Shown: positions 28,489 to 37,039, numbered from the stretch's first letter. The stretch: 58,702 nt of DNA from Candidatus Dormiibacterota bacterium (GCA_036276135.1 DATBEL010000002.1:1-58702), one strand, 5' to 3'. The notes: generated by a model not told the origin, from the sequence alone. Numbers and translations: made by a program.

Positions 28489-29153
28489 CGGTCACCTCCG
28501 GGTCCACGCGTGTCGGTGCCGACCGTCTGCGCAGGCGCCGGCGGCGGCGCGGTCGGCCCGGCGGAGTCGCGATCCGCACCCACGGCCTCGGGCTGGCGCG
28601 ACAGAGGCCGACGGGAGTCCGCAGCTCCGGCACCCAGCAGCTCCTCGAAGAGAGCTCGGTACTGGGTCATCGCGTTGCGCAGGTCCTCGGTGTTGGCGCT
28701 GCCCTGCGCGCTCTTCATGTAGACCTCGTGGGCGCCTCGGTAGTTCTCGACCACTGCGGGGTGGTCGACGGAGATGTCGGCGGCCCGCTGGTCGAACTCG
28801 GCGACGGGGTAGCCACGCTCGTTCATCACCCGCGCCACCAGGGTGTCGGCCTGCTGCACGCTCTGAACAGGCGCGTCGACGAAATGCGCCTGGACCTGCT
28901 GCCACTCGCTGAGATATTGCTGGCGTGTGGCTTCGCTGAGAGGCACGATGTTGAGCTCTTTGCGACGATCGACCCGGCCGGCGAGCTCCTTCTCAGCGTC
29001 GCGTTTGCTGCCACTGGTCTGAAGGGTGCGTTCGTACTCGGAACCAAACCTGCCCCGCAACTGGCTCGACCGCCTGCGGCTTGCGAGGGCCACGCCGATC
29101 AGGATCGCGAGGACGACCACGATGACGATCGCGACATACACGATGGTGGACAT
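28485..29153 (-). CDS. Hypothetical helical protein with N-terminal membrane anchor
   Basis: N-terminal TM then RFGSEYER; EWQQVQAHFVDAP...ADTLV...NTEDLRNAMTQYRALFEELL; ATGA overlap with next gene. Confidence 0.88.
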   Translation of the reverse strand: MSTIVYVAIVIVVVLAILIGVALASRRRSSQLRGRFGSEYERTLQTSGSKRDAEKELAGRVDRRKELNIVPLSEATRQQYLSEWQQVQAHFVDAPVQSVQQADTLVARVMNERGYPVAEFDQRAADISVDHPAVVENYRGAHEVYMKSAQGSANTEDLRNAMTQYRALFEELLGAGAADSRRPLSRQPEAVGADRDSAGPTAPPPAPAQTVGTDTRGPGGDR

Positions 29154-29330
29154 GTCGTCTCTCTCCTTTGCTGTTCTTGACTGCGTGAGAATCAGTCTAC
29201 GTGATAGTGCCGCTGTAAAGTGCGGGGGCGACCCCCGTGGGCGCTCGTCGCTGAATGGCCATGCAGGGGTTCGGCGCTGCGGCCGCCGGTGAGGCTGTGA
29301 ACGACACGGACTGCTGCTACCGTTGGCGAC

Positions 29331-29633
29331 ATGTACGACAGCGAGGACCTGGCCGCGGCCGTGCGGCAGGCGGCCGCCGGCCTGAGCGCAGCCGCAGCCG
29401 CCGTCGGGCGGGTCCTGGAGTCGGTTGCCGACGCACTCGCACCCGAGGTGGAGACGCCGGCACCCCCGCGTCCAGCGGCCGCGGCGCGAAAGGCGCCGGT
29501 CAGCAAACGCACGTCAAGCGCCAGGTCATCGCGACCGCGAAAGAAGACGGCCTCCCCGAAGCCGGCGAGGACCCGGAGCGCGCCCGGCAAGCGCGCCGGG
29601 CGCACCACCCGTGGACGCCCCTCCTCCACCTGA
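29331..29633 (+). CDS. Small protein with Ala-rich helix and Lys/Arg-rich tail
   Basis: High GC3 codon pattern; basic low-complexity C-terminus; weak SD. Confidence 0.55.
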   Translation: MYDSEDLAAAVRQAAAGLSAAAAAVGRVLESVADALAPEVETPAPPRPAAAARKAPVSKRTSSARSSRPRKKTASPKPARTRSAPGKRAGRTTRGRPSST

Positions 29634-30012
29634 CGCCGACCTCAGTGCGCTGGCTGCATCTCTGCAGTCGGACGCGCGCGACTCGAGCGTCTTCTTTCGC
29701 GTCCTCTGTGCAACGCTCGAGGAGGCGCTGCCGCAGAACACCACGGTCGAGCGCGAGCACAGCGTTTTCAAGAAGAAGCGGCTGGCTCGCCGGGTCAGCG
29801 TCACCCTGGCGAGCGAGACCTTCGAGGCGCGGATGTCGGATGGTCGCGTCGTGTGCCGCCACATCCATGCGGTGCAGGGTGTCGGTGGCGGCCTTCCCTA
29901 CGCCAGGGAGGTGAGCATGCAGGGGTGGCTGGAGGCGCTCCTCGCCTGCATCGCGCAGGAGGCCACCACCAACTCCGCAGCCGCCGCTGCGCTGCGCTCG
30001 CTGACCACGTGA
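29611..30012 (+). CDS. Hypothetical alpha/beta protein (paralogue A of 30059..30451)
   Basis: DLSALAASLQSDA..VFF.VL...L...LP....EREHS.FKK...; aligns end to end with next ORF; GTG 29611 start inferred from the alignment. Confidence 0.8.
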   Translation: MDAPPPPDADLSALAASLQSDARDSSVFFRVLCATLEEALPQNTTVEREHSVFKKKRLARRVSVTLASETFEARMSDGRVVCRHIHAVQGVGGGLPYAREVSMQGWLEALLACIAQEATTNSAAAAALRSLTT

Positions 30013-30042
30013 GGCGGCCACGGGGCAACGCCGCGGCCACCC

Positions 30043-30048
30043 TATACT
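30043..30048 (+). promoter_or_regulatory. Putative -10 box for the 30059-33092 operon
   Basis: TATACT ending 10 nt before ATG 30059. Confidence 0.45.
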
Positions 30049-30058
30049 CGCAGCGGCC

Positions 30059-30451
30059 ATGACCGACGTCTCGCCGCCAGAACAGGACCTCGACGCTCTC
30101 GCCGCGTCGATGCACGCGGACGCCAGTGACATCGGTGTCTTCTTCCAGGTCCTGGCCGCAAAGCTCAGCGACTCGATGCCGGGCAGCGTTGAATTGGAAC
30201 GCGAGCGGGGGCTGTTCAAGAAGGACCACCCGGTGAGAAAGCTGACCGTCCGCGCCGGCGACGACATCTTCGAGGCCGAGCTGCGCCAGGGCGCGGTGGC
30301 CACCCGGCACGCGCATGCGGTGCGGGGCATCACGTTGCGCTCCGAGGAGCTGGACTTCCAAGCGTGGCTGCGCGCGCTGCTCGGCGCCCTGCAGACCCGC
30401 GCTCGCAGCAGCGCGGACGCCAACGCCGCGCTCCGCTCCCTGGTCACCTGA
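30059..30451 (+). CDS. Hypothetical alpha/beta protein (paralogue B)
   Basis: DLDALAASMHADASDIGVFFQVL...HAVRGITLRSEELDFQAWLRALL...ALRSL. Confidence 0.85.
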   Translation: MTDVSPPEQDLDALAASMHADASDIGVFFQVLAAKLSDSMPGSVELERERGLFKKDHPVRKLTVRAGDDIFEAELRQGAVATRHAHAVRGITLRSEELDFQAWLRALLGALQTRARSSADANAALRSLVT

Positions 30452-30493
30452 CCGTAACGTCCCGCCCGTGAGAGTCCCAGAGGATCAACGCCG

Positions 30494-31327
30494 ATGAGCC
30501 AGCTTCCACCGCCGCCGCCGCCGCAGGCTCCCGCCGAGCTCGAGGGACTGCCCAAGGATGCACTGCGCCGTCTCAGTGAGCTGCAGGGCAAGGACGCCCT
30601 GTTCACCTCCGACCTGTCGGTCAACGAGTTCCTGCTCATCAAGGAGGCTGGCTTTCATCCCCGCGGCCTGGTGGTGGGCAGCAGCATCTACCACATCGGG
30701 CTGACGACCAAGTCGTGGAGCTCGAGCCAGGAGGTGCAGTCCCTCACCCAGGCGATGTACGCCGCCCGCGAGCTGGCCATGACGCGCATGGAGGAGGAGG
30801 CCACCGTTCTCGACGCCGACGGTGTGGTCGGCGTGCGCCTCGACGTGGGCTTCTACGAGTGGGGTCGCGGCACCGCCGAGTTCCTCGCCATCGGCACCGC
30901 GGTTTCGGCAGAGGATGGCGGCAACTGGAAGACACCGGAGGGCAAGCCCTTCACCTCAGACCTCAGCGGCCAGGACTTCTGGACACTCCTGCAGTCCGGC
31001 CACGCCCCCCTCGGGCTGGTGCTCGGCACCTGTGTGTACCACGTCGCCCACCAGGGGATGTTCCAGGCCATGGGCAACATCGGCGCGAACAAGGAGATGG
31101 GCAACTTCACGCAGGCGCTGTACGAAGCGCGCGAGCTGGCCATGGAGCGCATGCAGGACGAGGCGCTCAAGCTGAAGGCCGAGGGCATCGTGGGTGTCCA
31201 GATCCAGGAGAAGTCCCACGTGTGGGGCAGCCACACCATCGAGTTCTTCGCCATGGGCACGGCGGTGCGCAAGCTTCCCGACCGCACCATCGAGACGCCG
31301 AAGCTGGTTCTCTCGCTGGATCGCTGA
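30494..31327 (+). CDS. Tandem YbjQ/UPF0145 (putative heavy-metal-binding) domain protein 1
   Basis: Two repeats of FTSDLS...G..P.GLV.G...YH...ARELAM.RM..EA....A.G[VI]VGV...EF.A.GTAV. Confidence 0.88.
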   Translation: MSQLPPPPPPQAPAELEGLPKDALRRLSELQGKDALFTSDLSVNEFLLIKEAGFHPRGLVVGSSIYHIGLTTKSWSSSQEVQSLTQAMYAARELAMTRMEEEATVLDADGVVGVRLDVGFYEWGRGTAEFLAIGTAVSAEDGGNWKTPEGKPFTSDLSGQDFWTLLQSGHAPLGLVLGTCVYHVAHQGMFQAMGNIGANKEMGNFTQALYEARELAMERMQDEALKLKAEGIVGVQIQEKSHVWGSHTIEFFAMGTAVRKLPDRTIETPKLVLSLDR

Positions 31328-32262
31328 TGGCCGATCCGAGCGCAGCTGCGCAGCGGCAACTGGAGAGCATCGCTGCGCTCGAGCGTGGCGAACTTCCCCT
31401 GGCGGCTCGCGACCGCATCGACCAGCTGCGCGGACCGGATGCGCCCTGGACGAGCGACCTGTCGGTCGCCGAGCTGGCCGCGGTGCGCCACGCGGGCTTC
31501 GAGCCAGTGGGGATGGTGATGGGATCGAGCGTGTTCCGCATCGCCGCACAGTGGGGATACAGCACCGTCTTCGGCGTCGGTGCGACCGGCGGCGCCATCC
31601 AGACCTACGCATGCCCGCACGGGTATGGCTACTACCGCGCCGGCCCTGACCACCGGTACGGCTACAACTGGGAACACACCGCGTACGAGCAGGGCGTCGT
31701 TGACGCCAGGGACCTGGCGCTGGCCCGGATCACCCAGGAAGCGCGCGACCTCGACGCGCACGGGGTGGTCGGCGTGCGCCTGGTGCGCCGGCATCTCGAG
31801 GGCGTGGGCAATGCGCTGGAGTTCACCGTCATCGGCACCGCCATCAGGCGCGCCGGCGGACCTCACCTCGACCGTCCCTTCATGTCACACCTCGACGGTG
31901 TGGCGTTCAGCAAGTTGATCCATGGCGGCTATGTGCCTGTCTGGTTGGTGATCGGCATCGGCGCGGTGGAGATCGACCCGGGTTGCGGCACTGAATGGCT
32001 GCTGCGCTCATGGAGCAACGTGCGCATCGACCAGGTGAGCGACGGCATCGAGGCAGCCCGGTTGCTGGGGATCAGCCGCCTCGAGGCCGAGATCGCCGCC
32101 GCGGATGCCGACGGCGCGGTGGGTGTTGACGTCGATTTCGCCACCCATGAGGTCAGCAACGGAGGCATCCTCGTCGAGCTGGTCTCCGTCGGCACCGCGG
32201 TGTGCCGCTACGCCAGGGATCCCCTCGACGAGGTCCCGCTGCCGATCATGAGGTTGCGTTGA
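31327..32262 (+). CDS. Tandem YbjQ/UPF0145 domain protein 2
   Basis: TGATG coupling; WTSDLSV...GFEPVGMVMGSSV...ARDLALARI..EAR.LDAHGVVGVRL...EFTVIGTA; second repeat FMSHLDG...ADGAVGV...ELVSVGTAV. Confidence 0.85.
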   Translation: MADPSAAAQRQLESIAALERGELPLAARDRIDQLRGPDAPWTSDLSVAELAAVRHAGFEPVGMVMGSSVFRIAAQWGYSTVFGVGATGGAIQTYACPHGYGYYRAGPDHRYGYNWEHTAYEQGVVDARDLALARITQEARDLDAHGVVGVRLVRRHLEGVGNALEFTVIGTAIRRAGGPHLDRPFMSHLDGVAFSKLIHGGYVPVWLVIGIGAVEIDPGCGTEWLLRSWSNVRIDQVSDGIEAARLLGISRLEAEIAAADADGAVGVDVDFATHEVSNGGILVELVSVGTAVCRYARDPLDEVPLPIMRLR

Positions 32263-33092
32263 TGACGGTGGCTGCGCATCCGCGGGCTGACGCTGCGCTC
32301 CACTGCCTGGCGACGGGCGGAGGCGAGCGCCACCAGGGGCGGCGTTTCAGCAGCGACCTCTCCGTCGACGAGGCGGTGCTGCTCAAGGAGATCGGCTACG
32401 AACCGCTCGGGCTGGTGGTGGGCAGCGGGGTGTATCACATCGGCTACCAGGTGCAGAGCTGGGGCAGCAACCAGGAGATGGCCGGCCTCACCGAGGTGAT
32501 GTACGCAGCGCGCACCGACGCCGTGCGCCGGATGGAGCGGCACGCGCACAGCATCGGCGGGCAGGGGGTCGTCGGCATGAAGCTCGACGTCCGCCTCGAC
32601 CGCGGCCGAGAGAATCTTGCTGAGTTCGTTGCCATCGGCACCGCCGTTGCCAACCCGACCGTGCGCTCCACCCGGCTGTGGTTGAGCGACCTGTCCGGAC
32701 AGGACCTGTACCTGCTCATCCGCGCCGGGTACGAGCCGATCGGGCTCGCTTTCGGCGCCTGCGTCTACCACATCGCTCACCAGGGCCTGTCGACGTGGCT
32801 CGGCCAGGCCACGCAGAACGTCGAGCTCGGTAACTACACCTCGGCCCTGTACGAGGCGCGCGAGCTGGCGATGACGCGCATGCAGGACGAGACGCGCGGC
32901 ACCGGAGCGCAGGGCATCGTGGCGATGCGCATCGAGCAGGCGTCGCACATCTGGGGCAGCCACATCATCGAGTTTCTCGCCATCGGCACCACCGTCGCGG
33001 TGGCGCAGTCGGGCCATCAAACGCTCGACCCCACAATGGTGCTGCCCCTCAACGATGCGGACATAGCCCTGACCGACGGCCCCACGCACTAG
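32262..33092 (+). CDS. Tandem YbjQ/UPF0145 domain protein 3
   Basis: TGATG coupling; FSSDLSVDE...GYEPLGLVVGSGVYH; WLSDLSGQD...ARELAMTRMQDE..AQGIVAMR...IEFLAIGTTV. Confidence 0.87.
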   Translation: MTVAAHPRADAALHCLATGGGERHQGRRFSSDLSVDEAVLLKEIGYEPLGLVVGSGVYHIGYQVQSWGSNQEMAGLTEVMYAARTDAVRRMERHAHSIGGQGVVGMKLDVRLDRGRENLAEFVAIGTAVANPTVRSTRLWLSDLSGQDLYLLIRAGYEPIGLAFGACVYHIAHQGLSTWLGQATQNVELGNYTSALYEARELAMTRMQDETRGTGAQGIVAMRIEQASHIWGSHIIEFLAIGTTVAVAQSGHQTLDPTMVLPLNDADIALTDGPTH

Positions 33093-33104
33093 ACCCAGCG
33101 GAGG

Positions 33105-34130
33105 TCAGGCGGGCTGGCCGATCCAGTTCTCCTCCTGGAGCATCGTCGTGACCTCGTCGAGTGACATGTCGTCACTCGGCAGGATGATCTCGCTGGCGGA
33201 CAGGTCCTCGTGGGCAAGCTGAGCCCCTGTGGATCTGACGAAGCCGCTCACCTCGGCAAGGGCAGTGTGGAAGGCGGCGTCGTCACCCGACCGCACCGCG
33301 TCGATGAGACGATGGTCGAAGGCATCGAGCTGCTGGCGAGCCGATTCGGGAAGCCGGTACTGCTCTGCGCCGTGGATGCGCACGACGATGCCGCCGGCGG
33401 CCAGGGCGGGGGCGGTTGGCGGTGCGCTGAGGCCGAGCTGTGACTTCATCGCCGCGAGCTTGGCCTGGACGTTGCTGTCGACAACGGTGGCGGTGATCTT
33501 GTCGTCGAGCGCGTTGCCGCCACCGCCGAGCAGTGGTGCGTCGAGCACGCCGCTGTCGAGCAGCGAGTCGACCGCGTCGGCGTGCGCCTGCGAGCGCGCG
33601 ATCTTGTCCTGGGCGCGCTGCATCATCATCGCCGCGTCCGACGTGTGCTCGCCGATGCCGGCCAGCGTGTCACCGGCCGAGCTCGTCGCCTTCGACGCCT
33701 CGTACGAGGCCTTGAGCGTCTCCCGCTGGTTGGCAAAGGCCTGCACCCGTGCCTGGTATCGCTGAATGCCGGCCTGCAGCTTGGTGACCTGGGCTGAGAT
33801 CGACTGGATCTGCGGGTCGAGCTGCTGACGCTGCTGGCCGAGCACCTCCGCCTGGGTCAGCGCCTGGGTGGCCAGGTCCTCCTTGCCGGACTGCATTGCC
33901 TGCTGCGCCGCCCCGTTGAGCTGGGCAACGCGCTTGTCCATCTCGGCGGCCTGGTTCTCCAGCCGCTTCTGCCCGGTGGTCGCCTCGACAAGCGCCGTGC
34001 GCAGCTTCTGCTGCTGTTCGAGCAACTGCTGGTAGGAGAGGTCGATCGCCTGCGAAGGATCCTCGAGCCGGTCGAGAGCGGCATTGCTCTTCTGCTGGAA
34101 GATGTTGCTGAAGCGTCGGAACACGCTCAT
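33105..34130 (-). CDS. pspA: PspA/IM30 (ESCRT-III-like) protein fused to a C-terminal PspAA-like domain
   Basis: N-terminal FRRFSNIF..KSNAALDRLEDP; long coiled coil; EDLATQAL; C-terminal IVVRIHGAEQYRL...LD.FD..L..AV.SGD..AF...SEIILPSDD. Confidence 0.88.
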   Translation of the reverse strand: MSVFRRFSNIFQQKSNAALDRLEDPSQAIDLSYQQLLEQQQKLRTALVEATTGQKRLENQAAEMDKRVAQLNGAAQQAMQSGKEDLATQALTQAEVLGQQRQQLDPQIQSISAQVTKLQAGIQRYQARVQAFANQRETLKASYEASKATSSAGDTLAGIGEHTSDAAMMMQRAQDKIARSQAHADAVDSLLDSGVLDAPLLGGGGNALDDKITATVVDSNVQAKLAAMKSQLGLSAPPTAPALAAGGIVVRIHGAEQYRLPESARQQLDAFDHRLIDAVRSGDDAAFHTALAEVSGFVRSTGAQLAHEDLSASEIILPSDDMSLDEVTTMLQEENWIGQPA

Positions 34131-34232
34131 CGAGTGCCTCCTTGCCGTCGGACCCTGCGGTGCACGGGTCGCGCCCGATTCTAGACGCCCCCGGTGAGCG
34201 AGCCGCTGGGGCGTGAGCGCTGCGCCGCAGGA

Positions 34233-34646
34233 CTACCCCGCCGTCAGCCCCTCTCCAGAGAGCTGGATGCCGATGTCGACCTGGTACCGCTCGAGGAACC
34301 CGCCGATCACGTCGCGTGTCCCCGACATCTCATCGGCCAGCAGCTCGAGCGCGGCGCGGCCGCTCTGGGTGATGTCGTAGCGGCGTCGCCTCGGTCCCTC
34401 CGCGGACCTCTCCCAGGACGAGACGACCAGCCCCTCCTCCTCCATGTTGTTGAGGGCGCGGTAGACAGTCCCCATGTCCCGCGGTTTGGCAGAGATCGGC
34501 GCCAGCTTCTCGCGCAGCTCGTACCCGTAGGCCGGCTCCTCGACGAGGAGAAGAAGCAGGCAGGGGCGCAGGAACTTCTTCGGCCGCGGGTGGCCGTGAA
34601 TGCTCTCGGCGCCGCCGGGGGACGATCCGTTGTGATGAGCCACCAC
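34233..34646 (-). CDS. PadR family transcriptional regulator (PhaQ-like subgroup)
   Basis: FLRPCLLLLL.EEPAYGYEL; GTVYRAL..ME.EGLV.S.W....GP.RR.Y.IT..G. Confidence 0.9.
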   Translation of the reverse strand: MVAHHNGSSPGGAESIHGHPRPKKFLRPCLLLLLVEEPAYGYELREKLAPISAKPRDMGTVYRALNNMEEEGLVVSSWERSAEGPRRRRYDITQSGRAALELLADEMSGTRDVIGGFLERYQVDIGIQLSGEGLTAG

Positions 34647-34727
34647 TGCCTCCTGGTCCGCGCTCCAGTCTAGCGGCGGGTACTCGGCGGCAAGGGTGGC
34701 TCGGGGAGACGCGTTGGGCTTCCGCGA

Positions 34728-35870
34728 TCAGCAGATCCGTGGCAGGGGATCGCCGATCAGCATGTCGACGACGCGGGTGCCGCCGAAGCCCGTGCGGATG
34801 AACACCATGCCGTCGGGCTCCGGCCTGACCTCGCCGATGATGGCCGCCTCGTGGCCCTCGGAACGCGAGCGCATCAGGTCCAGGGCGCGATCGGCATCTC
34901 CCGCTGCCATCAGCGCCACAAGCTTGCCCTCGTTGGCGATGTAGAGCGGGTCGATGCCGAGGATCTCGGCGACGCCGCGCACCTCGTCGTGCACCGGCAG
35001 CGCGTCCTCATCGATGGCGATGGCGACCCCGGCCTGCTGAGCGATCTCGTTGAGCACCGTGGCGACCCCGCCGCGGGTCGCGTCACGCATGAAGTGGACG
35101 TCGATCCCCGCGTCGAGAAGCGCCGCAACAAGGCCGTGCAGGGGCATCGTGTCGCTCCGCAATTGGTCGGCTTCGAGGTCGACGTCGCCGCGTGCGAGCA
35201 TGACGGTGGCGCCGTGGTCGCCCATGGCGCCACTGAGCAGCACGGCGTCGCCCGGCGCAATGCGAGCGATGCCCAGCCTCTCCGGCTCTCTGACAAGGCC
35301 GATGCCGGTGGTGGTGATGAACAGCTGGTCGGCCTTGCCCCGCGGCACCACCTTGGTGTCGCCGGTGACCACGCTGACCCCCGCCGCATCCGCCGCGCGA
35401 CGCATCGACTCCACCACCCTGCGAAGGACGCCGATCTCCAGCCCCTCCTCCAGGATGAATGCGGCCGAGACGGCCAGGGGTGTGGCGCCGCCGACGGCGA
35501 GGTCGTTGACGGTGCCATTGATGGCGAGCTCGCCGATGTCGCCGCCGGCAAAGAACAACGGGCTGACCACGAACGAGTCGGTGGTCATGGCGATGCGTGC
35601 GTCGGTCAGCCCGGGGATGCTGAACACCGCCTGGTCACCGAGCTCGGCCAGGACGGGATTGTCGAGGATGCTCGCGAAGACGGCACCGGTCAGCGTGTGA
35701 CTCGCCTTGCCGCCGGCGCCGTGGCTCATGGTGATCGCTGTCTCGCGCAGCAATGGCTTGCGCTTGCGTATCTCCGCGATCCGCTCCAGCACACGCTGTT
35801 CGGGGTCGGCGATGCGCGCCGCCGCCGCCCTGACAGCTGCGCCGCTGCCGGGGGCGGGCTCGTCCGTCAT
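34728..35870 (-). CDS. hypE: Hydrogenase maturation protein HypE
   Basis: MSHGAGG; TTDSFVVSPLFFAGGDIGELAINGTVNDLA; RDATRGG; C-terminal PLPRIC. Confidence 0.97.
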   Translation of the reverse strand: MTDEPAPGSGAAVRAAAARIADPEQRVLERIAEIRKRKPLLRETAITMSHGAGGKASHTLTGAVFASILDNPVLAELGDQAVFSIPGLTDARIAMTTDSFVVSPLFFAGGDIGELAINGTVNDLAVGGATPLAVSAAFILEEGLEIGVLRRVVESMRRAADAAGVSVVTGDTKVVPRGKADQLFITTTGIGLVREPERLGIARIAPGDAVLLSGAMGDHGATVMLARGDVDLEADQLRSDTMPLHGLVAALLDAGIDVHFMRDATRGGVATVLNEIAQQAGVAIAIDEDALPVHDEVRGVAEILGIDPLYIANEGKLVALMAAGDADRALDLMRSRSEGHEAAIIGEVRPEPDGMVFIRTGFGGTRVVDMLIGDPLPRIC

Positions 35871-37039
35871 CCGGCCCGAACAGCGATCGGGGTGATGGCT
35901 GGTTCGGCTTCCCCGTTGGCGAGTACGCGCTCCCTGTCCCGCGCGCGCGAATAGCGTCCGAAGTTGTAGTACGCAGCGCAGGCGCCTTCGGAGGACACCA
36001 TGCACGTTCCGATCGGGGTCTCGGGAGTGCACGCTGTGCCGAAAACCTTGCACTCCCAAGGCTTCAGCACCCCTTTGAGCACCTCACCGCACTGGCACGA
36101 CTTGGGGTCGGCGACGCGGATCCCCGGGACGGTGAACACGCGCTCGGCATCGAAGCCGGCGAAGTCGTCGTTGAGCTCGAGCGCGCTCTGGCTGATGAAG
36201 CCGAGCCCGCGCCATTCGAAGTGCGGGCGCACCTTGAACACCTTGGCCAGCACCTCCAGCGCCTTGGGGTTGCCGTCCTCGTGCACAACCCGCGTGTACT
36301 GGTTCTCCACCTCACAGCGGCCCTCGAGAACCTGCCTGATGACCATGTGGACACCCTGGAGGATGTCGAGCGGTTCGAATCCCACCACCACCACCGGCTT
36401 GGCGTAGGTGCGCGTGACGAACTCGTACGGGCGCACCCCGACAACGGTGGACACGTGGCCGGGGCCGAGGAACCCGTCCAGGCGCAGGTCCGGTGAGTCG
36501 AGGATGGCCTTCATCGGCGGGATGATGGTGACGTGGTTGCAGAACACAAAGAAGTTCCGGACACCCTCGGCCTTGGCGCGCAACAGGGTCAGCGCCGTCG
36601 ACGGGGCCGTGGTTTCGAAGCCGATGGCGTAGAACACCACCTGCTTGTCGGGGTTCTCGCGGGCGATCTTCAGCGAGTCGAGCGGGGAGTACACCATGCG
36701 CACGTCGGCGCCCGCTGCCTTGGCGTCGAGCAGGCTGCCGTCGCTGCCGGGAACGCGCATCAGGTCGCCGAAGCACGTGAAGATGACGTCGTTGTCCTTT
36801 GCCAGGGCGATGCCGTCATCGAGGCGGCCCATCGGGATGACGCACACCGGGCAGCCGGGGCCGTGCACCAGCTCGACGTTGCCGGGCAGCAGGTCCTCGA
36901 TCCCGTACTTGAAGATGGTGTGGGTGTGGCCGCCGCACACCTCCATGATCTTCCAGTGCCGGTCGCCCGCCTCGGCCGTGATCCGCGCTGCCAGCGAGCG
37001 CGCCAGGTCGGCGTCGCGGAACTCGTCGGCGAACTTCAT
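35867..37039 (-). CDS. hypD: Hydrogenase maturation protein HypD
   Basis: MEVCGGHTH; GPGCPVC; GFETTAP; PGHVS; C-terminal C.CG..C..FG..CTP..P.GTCMVSSEGAC. Confidence 0.98.
   Translation of the reverse strand: MKFADEFRDADLARSLAARITAEAGDRHWKIMEVCGGHTHTIFKYGIEDLLPGNVELVHGPGCPVCVIPMGRLDDGIALAKDNDVIFTCFGDLMRVPGSDGSLLDAKAAGADVRMVYSPLDSLKIARENPDKQVVFYAIGFETTAPSTALTLLRAKAEGVRNFFVFCNHVTIIPPMKAILDSPDLRLDGFLGPGHVSTVVGVRPYEFVTRTYAKPVVVVGFEPLDILQGVHMVIRQVLEGRCEVENQYTRVVHEDGNPKALEVLAKVFKVRPHFEWRGLGFISQSALELNDDFAGFDAERVFTVPGIRVADPKSCQCGEVLKGVLKPWECKVFGTACTPETPIGTCMVSSEGACAAYYNFGRYSRARDRERVLANGEAEPAITPIAVRAG

Noticed and set aside
27915-34700. tRNA-Thr as integration site of a genomic island
   Set aside because: No integrase or transposase and no duplicated tRNA 3' end seen; composition looks like the flanks
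33105-35870. padR and pspA as the tail of the hydrogenase operon
   Set aside because: 80-100 bp spacers, each with its own -10-like hexamer and SD, suggest separate units
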